From NCBI GenBank assembly GCA_964549615.1, contig CAZJVP010000103.1, positions 1 through 29,754 of the forward strand: 29,754 nt of DNA, in the 5' to 3' direction. Both the position numbers and the translations under genes were made by a program. The DNA is from an uncultured Thermococci archaeon. Lineage in GTDB: Archaea > CAYQAE01 > CAYVLA01. The notes below the pieces were generated by a model. The model worked only from the letters and a program-made list of their open reading frames with translations. It had not been told where the DNA came from and did no database searches. Of the stretch, positions 16,195-25,151 are shown piece after piece; the stretch's first letter is position 1; the number at the start of each line of letters is the position of its first letter.

Positions 16195-16809
16195 TTGCGA
16201 AGAGCGTTCTTGGGGTTGGTGAGTGCCGCGTGCATCCTGACCGCGCTTGCGGCGGGATGCCTAAAGGAGGGGAGGACGATGAACCTTCAAGGAAGGACCA
16301 TCTTGCTGGTCGTGAGCGAGAAGGACTTTCGCGACTCTGAGCTACTTGATCCCAAAGACTACTTCGTCAAGGCGGGAGCCTCCGTTAAGATCGCCAGCAC
16401 CGATCCTTCCAAAGCCACGGGCGTCGGCGGGCTTGAGTTGCATCCCGACTTGGGACTCGAGCAAGCCGTGGCCACGGACTACGACGCGGTCGTCTTCGTC
16501 GGTGGCCCGGGGGCCAAGGTCTATCTGTGGAATAATGAGGCCGCGGCAAAGCTGGCCAAGCAGGCATATGAGTCGGGCAAGATCGCGGCGGCCATCTGCC
16601 TTTCGCCGGTGGTGCTCGCCAAGGCCGGCATCCTCGAAGGGGTCAAGGTGACTGGTTTCGATGATGACCAGCTGAGAAGCGAACTGGAAGCAGCCGGGGC
16701 GATATACACGGGCAAGCAGGTCGAGGTCGACGGCAGAATCGTGACCGCAAACGGCCCAGCTGCGGCTAAGGACTTCGCCGCCGCGATCGCGAAGGCCATT
16801 GAGGGATAG
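16195..16809 (+). CDS. DJ-1/PfpI family protein, possibly lipoprotein-anchored
   Basis: FRDSEL, YDAVVFVGGPG, AAICLSP (catalytic Cys), RIVTANGP. TTG 16195 gives a hydrophobic signal ending in LAAGC. A second in-frame ATG at 16279 has its own GGAGG. Confidence 0.88.
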   Translation: MRRAFLGLVSAACILTALAAGCLKEGRTMNLQGRTILLVVSEKDFRDSELLDPKDYFVKAGASVKIASTDPSKATGVGGLELHPDLGLEQAVATDYDAVVFVGGPGAKVYLWNNEAAAKLAKQAYESGKIAAAICLSPVVLAKAGILEGVKVTGFDDDQLRSELEAAGAIYTGKQVEVDGRIVTANGPAAAKDFAAAIAKAIEG

Positions 16810-16820
16810 GGGGCAATGCA

Positions 16821-17960
16821 GTGGATAGCATCCGGCCCTTGGTCAGCACCAAGGTTCATTATCTTGCGCCCGACGACCGCCTTGTCAGGATCGCCGAGGT
16901 GATCGCGAGATCGCGTGCCAACGCCGCCATAGTGGCAACGAACGGCCAACTGATCGGATGCGTCATGAGGAAGCTACTCCTCCGTCCTTGGCTCTCCCCG
17001 GAGACGAAGGCGGAGAGATTGACATCGCATGTGCCTTCCGCCGACCCCCAGACCACGGTCAAGGATGCGGTTGCAAGAATGTTGCAATCAGGCTGTGACA
17101 TTTTGCCAGCGGTCCGAGAAGGCGCAATCATCGGGGCACTCTTTGCACGGGACCTGGCGGCCCAAGATCCCTCCTTTAGGGACCTCTCCGTCAATGACGC
17201 CTCCAACCACCTGGCGCCGCCGCTGGCCGACAGCAGCTCCATCTCCGAGGCTGCGACATGCCTGAGACGAATGGACATGGGGAGCCTTCCGCTCGTGGAC
17301 GAGAAGGGCAACCTATCGGGCTGGATATCGTTCTCGGATGTCTACCGCTACCTCGTCGCGCCCTCAAGGGGGCTTAGGCGCACGGGCGAGCTCGTCGGCG
17401 AGAAAGACAGGCCCCTGAGAAACCCCGTCGCGCTGCTGGCTAATAGCTCGGGGCTCACGGTGAGCCCAGACACCAGCATGCACGATGCGATCGCCCTGCT
17501 GTGCGAAAGGCAGCTCAACGAGATAACCGTGGTTGACAAGGATGCGGTCGTGGGGCATCTGAACATCATGCGCATCCTGCGCCTCATCTCGATGCCGCCT
17601 GACATCGCCGTACAGACCACCGGCTTGGAGGGAGAGGATCCCCTTGCAGTAAGCCGAATCCTTGCCAACCTCAGGTCGATCGCGCTCAAGATCGGGAAGG
17701 CATCCAGGAACATGAGGGCCCCTGAGATGAGGGTCAAGTCATACGAGCACGAGGGCTCCGGACGGAAGAGGTACGAGGTCAGGGTAACCTTCTCCCTGCC
17801 CGAGCAGTACGTGGCCGAGGCTGCAGGCTGGGATCTGGTGTCTGTATCAACGGAGGCAATAAGGAAGGTCGAGAAGTCGATACTCCGACGTAGGTCCAAG
17901 GCCATCGACTCCCACCGAAGGCCGCGGAAGCGATCAAGAGGGCGGGTTGGCGAACCTTGA
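16821..17960 (+). CDS. CBS-domain protein with C-terminal HPF/RaiA-like domain (probable archaeal ribosome hibernation factor)
   Basis: Four CBS-like modules (e.g. SISEAATCLRRMDMGSLPLVDEKGNLSGWISFSD). The C-terminal ~120 aa (IAVQTTGL...YEVRVTFSL..YVAEAAGWDLVSVSTEAIRKVEKSILRRRSK) follow the HPF/RaiA beta-alpha-beta-beta-beta-alpha pattern. Confidence 0.75.
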   Translation: MDSIRPLVSTKVHYLAPDDRLVRIAEVIARSRANAAIVATNGQLIGCVMRKLLLRPWLSPETKAERLTSHVPSADPQTTVKDAVARMLQSGCDILPAVREGAIIGALFARDLAAQDPSFRDLSVNDASNHLAPPLADSSSISEAATCLRRMDMGSLPLVDEKGNLSGWISFSDVYRYLVAPSRGLRRTGELVGEKDRPLRNPVALLANSSGLTVSPDTSMHDAIALLCERQLNEITVVDKDAVVGHLNIMRILRLISMPPDIAVQTTGLEGEDPLAVSRILANLRSIALKIGKASRNMRAPEMRVKSYEHEGSGRKRYEVRVTFSLPEQYVAEAAGWDLVSVSTEAIRKVEKSILRRRSKAIDSHRRPRKRSRGRVGEP

Positions 17961-18355
17961 CCTCACCAACCTTCGTGCTCGAGACGGATGGCTCCTCCAA
18001 GGGCAATCCCGGCAGGGCAGGGGCCGGGTACATACTCTCGGTGGACGGCAGAGTGGTGGTGCAGGGCAAGAGGCATCTTGGCATAACGACCAACAACGTG
18101 GCCGAATACGCCGCAATGATCATGGGGTTGGAGAAGGCAAGGGAGCTCGGCGTAACCAAGATAGTCGTCATCACGGACAGCCTCCTCCTAGCAAAGCAGA
18201 TGGGAGGATCTTACAAGGTCCGACAGCCCCACCTCAGGTCGCTTCACAAAAGGTGCGTGGACCTAGCTTCGAAGTTTGACTCCTTTGAGATCAGATACAT
18301 GCCTTCCGAACAGAACCGTGCACACCTTCTCGCCGAACAGGCGGCCGGGACGTAG
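17957..18355 (+). CDS. rnhA: Ribonuclease HI (archaeal/Gram-positive short type)
   Basis: TDGSSKGNPGRAGAG, TNNVAEY, TDSLLLAKQMGGSYKV, QNRAHLLA. The TTG start overlaps the upstream stop. Confidence 0.9.
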   Translation: MTSPTFVLETDGSSKGNPGRAGAGYILSVDGRVVVQGKRHLGITTNNVAEYAAMIMGLEKARELGVTKIVVITDSLLLAKQMGGSYKVRQPHLRSLHKRCVDLASKFDSFEIRYMPSEQNRAHLLAEQAAGT

Positions 18356-18482
18356 TCAAAGGCAGCTTACAGAGCAACGCCACTTTCGGCGCCCCCATCG
18401 CGAGCCCATGATCTGAAGTCCTTGCATCGAGGAAGGAAACTGATTTCAAGGCCCGTCTTCTGGCCAAGGACGGAGGCCGAGT

Positions 18483-19523
18483 TTGAGGACCCTCAAGGTT
18501 GGAATCATCGGCTGCGGTGGAATCGCCCAGGGAGCCCACATGCCCGGCTACAAGAAGATTCCTGAAGTCGAAATGGTGGCGTGCTGCGACATCGACGAGA
18601 AGAAGGCAAAGGAGGCGGCAAGCAAGTTCGGGATAGCGAAGGTCTTCACCGACTACCGAGACCTGCTCAAGATCGAGGAGATAGAGGCCGTCAGCGTCTG
18701 CACCCCGAACTTCGCCCACAAGGAGCCGACGATTGCGGCCCTGCGCGCTGGAAAGCACGTCCTAGTCGAGAAGCCCATGGCGATGAATGCCAAGGAGGCA
18801 AGCGCCATGGTCGCGGCCGCCAAGAAGCATGACAGGAAGCTCATGGTCGGGCTCAACAATCGCTGGCGGGCGGACGTCCAAGCCCTGAAGCGATTCGTCG
18901 ATGCGGGGGAACTGGGTGAGATCTATTTCGCAAAGGCCCACTGCCTGAGGAGGAGGGGAATACCGGGCTGGGGGGTGTTCACCCAGAAAGACAAGCAGGG
19001 CGGCGGTCCGCTCGTGGATCTCGGCGTCCACATCATAGACGCCGTCCTCTACCTGATGGGCTTTCCCAGGCCAACCGCCGCAAGCGGAGCGACCTACACC
19101 AAGTTTGGCACGAGGGAGGGACTGGTGGGCCTCATGGGGCAGTGGGATCCAAAGAACTACACGGTGGAGGACTACTCCCTCGGGTTGGTGAGATTCGAAA
19201 ATCAGTCCACCATGTTCGTTGAGACCAGCTTCGCGGCCAACATAGAGAAGGATGTCTTTGACTTCACCCTTCTGGGAACCGAGGGGGGCTGCACGCTTGA
19301 CCCGACGAGGATCTTCAGCGAGAGGAACAAGACCCTGATCGACATCTCACCCGTGTTTCTGCAGGGACGAAGCACCCACGACATCGAGATCCAGAAGTTC
19401 GCCGAGTGCATACTCAAGGACGAGGAACCTCCCGTCACTGGCGAGCAGGGCCTGGCCGTGCAGAAGATCATGGATGCGATCTATCGTTCGGCCGAGCTCG
19501 GAAGGGAGGTCTCAATCCGCTGA
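18483..19523 (+). CDS. Gfo/Idh/MocA family NAD(P)-dependent oxidoreductase
   Basis: VGIIGCGGIA, VCTPNFAH, HVLVEKPMA, GGGPLVDLGVH. Confidence 0.93.
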   Translation: MRTLKVGIIGCGGIAQGAHMPGYKKIPEVEMVACCDIDEKKAKEAASKFGIAKVFTDYRDLLKIEEIEAVSVCTPNFAHKEPTIAALRAGKHVLVEKPMAMNAKEASAMVAAAKKHDRKLMVGLNNRWRADVQALKRFVDAGELGEIYFAKAHCLRRRGIPGWGVFTQKDKQGGGPLVDLGVHIIDAVLYLMGFPRPTAASGATYTKFGTREGLVGLMGQWDPKNYTVEDYSLGLVRFENQSTMFVETSFAANIEKDVFDFTLLGTEGGCTLDPTRIFSERNKTLIDISPVFLQGRSTHDIEIQKFAECILKDEEPPVTGEQGLAVQKIMDAIYRSAELGREVSIR

Positions 19524-19572
19524 GCACCGTTTCAGCCAAAGGTTATCTATCGTTTCGTCCCCCAAGAGCCCC

Positions 19573-19971
19573 ATGAGCAGCACCGATAACGGCTCAGAGC
19601 ACCTTCCGAGGCCACGGCATGGGCGGACGGTCCAGTCATGGGCGGAGGTCAAAAGGCTCGCCCGACGCAGCAGCACAAGGATGGCTGCATCGGCATCGCT
19701 CCTAGCCGTCCTCGCCGTGCTGATCATGGGGTCCACTTTTCTCCGACATGGCCTTTTTGAGCCTCTCGGATCCTTCAGCATGGTCGGCAGAGCGGTCCTT
19801 GCCTCGGCGGTCCTGGCCTTCACCGGCATCTGGCTTGCCGTCGCCGTGTTGGGATACCTTCGGCAATCCGACGTCGGACCTAGGCCGGCTGCCGGCACGG
19901 CCGAGCCGAACGGGTCTTCACAAACCGCAACATGGGACATCCATCCTTCCACCGATTTCCGCCAACCGTGA
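19573..19971 (+). CDS. Hypothetical two-TM membrane protein
   Basis: Two hydrophobic segments (MAASASLLAVLAVLIMG; AVLASAVLAFTGIWLAVAVLG). ATG 19573 lies ~25 nt after AAAGGTTATCTA. Confidence 0.5.
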   Translation: MSSTDNGSEHLPRPRHGRTVQSWAEVKRLARRSSTRMAASASLLAVLAVLIMGSTFLRHGLFEPLGSFSMVGRAVLASAVLAFTGIWLAVAVLGYLRQSDVGPRPAAGTAEPNGSSQTATWDIHPSTDFRQP

Positions 19972-20105
19972 GGGATCCGCGGCGTGCCTGGCTGACCTTT
20001 AGCCTGATTACCCTATCCCCAGGTGGCGGTGGCTGGCCGAGGAAGATTCTCCACGTCTGAGCCACGCGCACGGACATTCGACCGGGGCACGCAGCCGCGA
20101 AAGCG

Positions 20106-21338
20106 CTACATCGAGATGTGCCTTTCGCTCTCCTTTACCACCCGACGGATGTACTCGGAGAGCTCCTCCGGGAGGCCCTCTATCCGCACATCCAAGAAAC
20201 CCCTCACGATGGTGGCGGCCGCCTCTTCCTGGCTGAGCCCCCGAGCCATCAGGTACTCTATCTCCTCCTGCGAAACCTTCCCCACGGCGGCCTCGTGCGA
20301 CAGGTCCACGTCTCTCAGCCGGCCCTCCAGCTCCGGGATCGCATGGATCCTGCCTGCATCGGAAAGGATGAGGCCGTTGCACTCCAGATGGCCCTTGACC
20401 CCGGGCGCCGCACCAACAAGATCTCCCCTAGCATAGATCGTTCCGCCGGTCGTCACGGCCCTTGAGACTATCTCAGCCCTTGATCCCGGCCCGTTCAATC
20501 TCACCCTAGCCCCAACATCCAGCTCGGACCCCGGCGTGGCCATCAGTAGGGAGTAGAACCTAGCAACGGCGTTCTCGCCGTTCAACTGCGCGGCTGGGTA
20601 CATCTGTAGGGACCCAGCGGGCTGAAGGCAGATGTAGTTGGATACGAGAACTGCATCCCTGTCCAACACGGTTCCGCTTCGCGGCCGCACTGCCATATCT
20701 TTGCCCCAGTTGTGGATCATCGTGAAGCTCAGCCTGCCGCCCTCCTTCACGTAGAACTCCGATACTCCTATGTGAAGACCCCTTGCGGCGTGCGCCCCCT
20801 TGGCGCAGCCCGTGATGACGTGCAGCTCCGCGTCCTCCTCCACGATGATTATGTTGTGAACCCTCTGCGCCAAGGAATCGGTCGACAGGTAAAGACAGCT
20901 CTGCAGCGGCGCGCCTATCCTATGGCCCCTCTTCGCCCTAATGAAGTACCCTCCGCCGAACTCCAGTTCGGCCGCCGCCGTATACTTGTCCGAGTCCACG
21001 GCCACCGCGCTCCACCAGTAATCCTGAAGCCAGTCGTACTTCTCCAGGGCCTTCTCCACCCCCATGACCTCGACACCACTCTCGGTGGACTGGGAGTAGA
21101 CGACGGAGTCATCAATCTGGATGAAGGTGCCGGATCGTCCCCCCGGTTCGGACCTGACCCCCACGCTGTACATCCTCCTCCTGTCCTCCGAAGGCAACTT
21201 GCTGACATCCGTCAGAGGAGACAGCTGCGGCGCCTTCATGGAGAAACCAGATAGATCGATGTCCCTCCCGAAGGCGGGGGGCTTGTCCCTCGCAGCCAAG
21301 GCCCGCTCCCTTATCTTCTCAAAGCTTCGAGCTGACAT
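20106..21338 (-). CDS. sufB: Fe-S cluster assembly SufB/SufD-family scaffold (SmsB type)
   Basis: PLQSCL, QRVHNIIIVEE, HVITGC, GVSEFY, TMIHNW, KGHLECNGLI, LSHEAAVGKV, EYLMARGL. Confidence 0.93.
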   Translation of the reverse strand: MSARSFEKIRERALAARDKPPAFGRDIDLSGFSMKAPQLSPLTDVSKLPSEDRRRMYSVGVRSEPGGRSGTFIQIDDSVVYSQSTESGVEVMGVEKALEKYDWLQDYWWSAVAVDSDKYTAAAELEFGGGYFIRAKRGHRIGAPLQSCLYLSTDSLAQRVHNIIIVEEDAELHVITGCAKGAHAARGLHIGVSEFYVKEGGRLSFTMIHNWGKDMAVRPRSGTVLDRDAVLVSNYICLQPAGSLQMYPAAQLNGENAVARFYSLLMATPGSELDVGARVRLNGPGSRAEIVSRAVTTGGTIYARGDLVGAAPGVKGHLECNGLILSDAGRIHAIPELEGRLRDVDLSHEAAVGKVSQEEIEYLMARGLSQEEAAATIVRGFLDVRIEGLPEELSEYIRRVVKESERHISM

Positions 21339-22078
21339 CTAACGCACTCCTCATAACCCATCCTTCTGATCTCGGACAAGAGCTCACCCGGATTCCCGCT
21401 GCAGCCGATGACCCCCCCGCACATCACATGCCCCACGTCCGCGGATACATAGTCCAAGATGAAGCCGGTGTGACTGATGATGAGCGCCGAACGACCATCC
21501 TGGGCCTTCCGCTCCCGGTAGGGTCTGTTCTTGCCCAAGAGCCTGTTCGTGGCCTCCCCGATGAGCGCCATGTTCTCGATGTCAACCCCTGACTCAGGCT
21601 CGTCAAGCAGCACCAGGTCGGGCTGCTGAGCGAGAAGCTGAAGGAGCTCGGCCCTCTTGATCTCCCCGCCTGAGAAGCCATGGTTGATGTCCCTGTCGAG
21701 GTGATGCTCCAGGCGAAGCAGGGAGGCGAGCTCCTCGACGTTCGCCCTGCCCTTTCCCGCGATCTCGGCAATCTGCCTGGTCTTCACACCACGGATGGTC
21801 GGGGGTCTTTGGAATGAGATCCCAATGCCCAGCGCCGCCCTCTCATTGATTGGCAAGGCGGTGATATCCTTGCCCCTGAATAGGATTCTTCCCTCCGTAA
21901 CCGTGTATCTCGGGAAGCCCATGATCGACATCAATAGGGTCGTCTTCCCCGACCCGTTCGGGCCCAAGAGCAGATGCGTCTCCCCTTCACCTATCCGCAG
22001 GTTCACGCCGTGCAGGATCTCGTTGTTCCCCACAGAGACCTTAAGGTTCTCGATCCTCAACATGTCCGGCATGCCCAT
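21311..22078 (-). CDS. sufC: Fe-S cluster assembly ATPase SufC (SmsC type)
   Basis: GPNGSGKTT, GFSGGEIKRAE, LLDEPESGVD, C-terminal GYEECVRC. The start may instead be the MLRIE ATG. Confidence 0.92.
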   Translation of the reverse strand: MGMPDMLRIENLKVSVGNNEILHGVNLRIGEGETHLLLGPNGSGKTTLLMSIMGFPRYTVTEGRILFRGKDITALPINERAALGIGISFQRPPTIRGVKTRQIAEIAGKGRANVEELASLLRLEHHLDRDINHGFSGGEIKRAELLQLLAQQPDLVLLDEPESGVDIENMALIGEATNRLLGKNRPYRERKAQDGRSALIISHTGFILDYVSADVGHVMCGGVIGCSGNPGELLSEIRRMGYEECVRCQLEALRR

Positions 22079-22175
22079 GCCTCCGACGCCCGCGTCTTTT
22101 TCCGAACCGATGACGATGCAGACCGGACGGTGAACCCGCTCTTAACTATCATCTGAACGCACCTTGCTTTGCGTT

Positions 22176-23030
22176 TCACGCCATGGACCTGATGAGGGAG
22201 CTTATGTCCGTCTCGGAGATATCGCTCAGCGCGACGGGTCCGCCGAGGTGGACGAGCTCGTCCTGATAGGTCCGCCTATCCACCCTGTAGAGGATGCCGA
22301 TCGGTATCCTGTCTCCCCACTCCATGGCCTTCTCCAGGGCCATCTTCCAGTCCGTGGGGTCATGTCCCGCGTCCTCCAGCTTGTAGATCCTCTTCCTGTA
22401 GAAATCCCAAGTATTCAGGTAGTTGAAGGTCACGCAAGGCTGGAACACGTCCACCAGCGAGAAGCCCCTGTGCTTGATTGCCTCGACGATGACCCTCTGC
22501 AGGTGGGGGACGTCGCCCGCGAAGCCTCGCGCCACGAACGTTGCATGGCTGGTCAGCGCGACCGCTAGGGGGTTGAGGCTCGCGGGTATCGAGCCGTGAG
22601 GGGTGGATTTGGACTTGAACCCCTTCTGGCTGGTTGCCGTCGTCTGTCCGGTCGTCAGGCCGAAAACCATGTTGTCGTGCACTATCAGGGTAACGTCCAG
22701 GTTCCTTCGCAGGGCATGGCTCAGGTGCTCCCATCCTTCCTCGTAGCAGTCGCCGTCCCCCGAGAAACCCACGACGGTCAGATTCGGGTTGGCCAGCTTT
22801 ATCCCCGACGCCAGGGGGATGACCCTTCCATGCAGCCCGTGGAAGCCATTGATGTTGACGTGGTTTACGATCTTCCCGTGGCAACCGATGCCCGAGACCA
22901 TCACGACCCTCTCCCTCGGGATCCCGAGCTCTACCAGCGCCTTCTTGAAGGCCGTGAGTATCCCGAAGTTGCCGCAGCCCGGACACCACGTGATCTCGGC
23001 CGGGGTCTTGAGCTCCTCCATTGTGACCAT
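22176..23030 (-). CDS. korB: 2-oxoacid:ferredoxin oxidoreductase beta subunit
   Basis: TWCPGCGNFG, SGIGCHG, LHGR, GDGD...N TPP motif, GLTTGQ, VFQPCVTFN. Substrate cannot be assigned. Confidence 0.9.
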   Translation of the reverse strand: MVTMEELKTPAEITWCPGCGNFGILTAFKKALVELGIPRERVVMVSGIGCHGKIVNHVNINGFHGLHGRVIPLASGIKLANPNLTVVGFSGDGDCYEEGWEHLSHALRRNLDVTLIVHDNMVFGLTTGQTTATSQKGFKSKSTPHGSIPASLNPLAVALTSHATFVARGFAGDVPHLQRVIVEAIKHRGFSLVDVFQPCVTFNYLNTWDFYRKRIYKLEDAGHDPTDWKMALEKAMEWGDRIPIGILYRVDRRTYQDELVHLGGPVALSDISETDISSLIRSMA

Positions 23031-24773
23031 CTAGGCCACCTCCCTCAGCTTCCCGGCCAAGAAACCCGGGTCAAACGGCCTACCGTCATATTTCAGGACC
23101 CTGGCGTCGACGTCCATCAAGGTGTGCTCCCTTATGAGTCCGGTGAGCTGTGAGGTCGCGTTGTTCTCGACCACAGCCGTCTTCCTCGCTGATCTGAGGT
23201 ACTCGGCGACCTTCTCGGCCGGAAACGGACAGAGGTACAGGACATGGGCGAGGTTGACCCGCAGCCCCTCCCTTGCAAGGATCTTCATCGCCTCCCTTAC
23301 GGGGCCCTTGTTGGAACCCCAAGACAAGACCGTTAGATCGGCCCGCTCCGGTCCGTAGAACTTGACCGTCTCGATGCCTCGAAGCTCGTCCGCAAGGGCC
23401 TTGAGCTTGCCAAGCCGCTTGTCCATCATCCTCGCCGTCGTCTGGGGATCCTCGGCCGTGAAGCCCCACTCATCGTGCTCGTCCGCGTTCGTTCTGACAA
23501 CGGCGTCCTTCGTGCCGGGCAGGACCCTTGGGGAGATGCCGGTCTCGGTGATGAGGTGTCGCCTGTACTCGGGTCCCTCGTACTGGGGCTTCGGGAACAG
23601 CGCGCCGCGCTCGATCTTGATCCGGTCAACGTCGAATGGGTCGACGGTGTAATGGCTCTCCGCCAAGTACTTGTCCGTCAGGATGATCACCGGGATCTGG
23701 TACTTCTCCGCGATGTTGAACGCGCGCATCGTTTCGTAGAAGCACTCCTGGGCGTCACCCGGAGCGACTACCACCCTCGGGAACTCACCCTGGGAGGCGT
23801 GGATGGCGAACCTCAAGTCCCCTTGGGCCGTATATGTGGGCAGTCCCGTGCTGGGGCCGGAGCGTTGTCCGAGAACCACAACTATCGGGTTCTCCGTCAT
23901 GCCGGCCATCCCTAGGCATTCCACCATCAGGCTGAAGCCGCCTCCGGAGGTCGCAGTCATGGCCCTCGTCCCTGCAAAGGCAGCCCCGGTGACCATGTTG
24001 ATGCATGCGATCTCATTTTCAGCCTGCAGCACGATCATCCCGTACTCCCTCTCGTTGCTGGCCATGAAGTGGAGCAGGCCGGTGACGGGCGTCATGGGAT
24101 AGGCTGCGTAGAACCTGCAACCGGCCTTGAGGGCGCCCATCCCGACGGCATCGTTCCCCATCAGGAAAATCCTGCCCTTCCTCGCTCCCGGAAGCGCGCC
24201 GAGGCGACAGGCAAACTGGCCGTCGTAATTGGCAGTCGCATAATCGTATCCCGCCTTGGCCGCGCGTACGTTCGTCTCCGCCACCTTCTCGCTGAAGGTA
24301 TCCTTGAGGACGCCGTTGAAGATCTCCAGATCATAGCCCAGCAGGGCCACCACCCCGCCCAGGGCCACGGTGTTCTCGACGATCTCCTGGGCTCCAAGAT
24401 CTTTGACGATCGACCTGAAAGGCACGGGGAAGAGCGCCACATCGCTCCTGCCGAGTTCTGCTGCACCCAGCTTCACCTGATCGCCATCGTACACTATGCC
24501 CCCGCCGGCCACCAGGTCGTTTCTGTGACGCATGATCGTATCCTCGTTCAGGGCCACGACCAGGTCTACGCGATCCGGCTGTGAGTAGACCTCATCCTCC
24601 TCGATCCTGACGAGATAGAAGTTGTGGCCCCCGCGTATCAGGGACCCATAATCATTCGCGCCGAAGACGTGAAAGCCGCCTCTGACGCATGCTTTGCCCA
24701 GGAGATAACCGGAGCGGCTTATTCCCGCGCCGGCCTCGCCGCCAATCAATACCGAAACGCTGTTGAGCTTCAC
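23031..24773 (-). CDS. korA: 2-oxoacid:ferredoxin oxidoreductase alpha subunit (gamma-alpha fusion)
   Basis: IGGEAGAG, YGSLIRGGHN, AAYPMTP, QAENEIA, TATSGGGFSLM, QRSGPSTGLPT. GTG 24773 follows GGAAGG. Confidence 0.9.
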   Translation of the reverse strand: MKLNSVSVLIGGEAGAGISRSGYLLGKACVRGGFHVFGANDYGSLIRGGHNFYLVRIEEDEVYSQPDRVDLVVALNEDTIMRHRNDLVAGGGIVYDGDQVKLGAAELGRSDVALFPVPFRSIVKDLGAQEIVENTVALGGVVALLGYDLEIFNGVLKDTFSEKVAETNVRAAKAGYDYATANYDGQFACRLGALPGARKGRIFLMGNDAVGMGALKAGCRFYAAYPMTPVTGLLHFMASNEREYGMIVLQAENEIACINMVTGAAFAGTRAMTATSGGGFSLMVECLGMAGMTENPIVVVLGQRSGPSTGLPTYTAQGDLRFAIHASQGEFPRVVVAPGDAQECFYETMRAFNIAEKYQIPVIILTDKYLAESHYTVDPFDVDRIKIERGALFPKPQYEGPEYRRHLITETGISPRVLPGTKDAVVRTNADEHDEWGFTAEDPQTTARMMDKRLGKLKALADELRGIETVKFYGPERADLTVLSWGSNKGPVREAMKILAREGLRVNLAHVLYLCPFPAEKVAEYLRSARKTAVVENNATSQLTGLIREHTLMDVDARVLKYDGRPFDPGFLAGKLREVA

Positions 24774-25151
24774 CCGACCGCCTTCCCAGCCGGGCAGCTG
24801 GCATATGCCTCTCATCCCTCGCACGAGGCGGTCCAGCTGCTCCGGGCTGAGCCAAACCCCCGCTCATAAATATCTGAGTCACACGGGCTCTGCCGGCCTG
24901 AACCTGGCAAACCCGCCCGCAGGGACGTGAGACGGCGTCTTGCGCCGAACCCGCCGACGTCATCCAGCTATCTGAACCGCGCCAACTCGCATGCGGCTTG
25001 AACTGGGCGGTGGATTGAGTCTGATAAGCCATCAGAGAACGGTCTTAACCCCGCGTGGACCGACACACTCGCACCGGCGAGACTATGGCCCCGTAGCCGA
25101 CTAGGTTCTTCGTCCTGAGGGAGATCCTCTTGCCGCCAATCCCGCACCGGC

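Noticed and set aside
18453-18473. Hairpin CCGTCTT/AGGACGG touching the Gfo/Idh/MocA SD
   Set aside because: If the 18436-50 box is the promoter, the left arm lies upstream of the TSS and the hairpin could not form; too weak to report.
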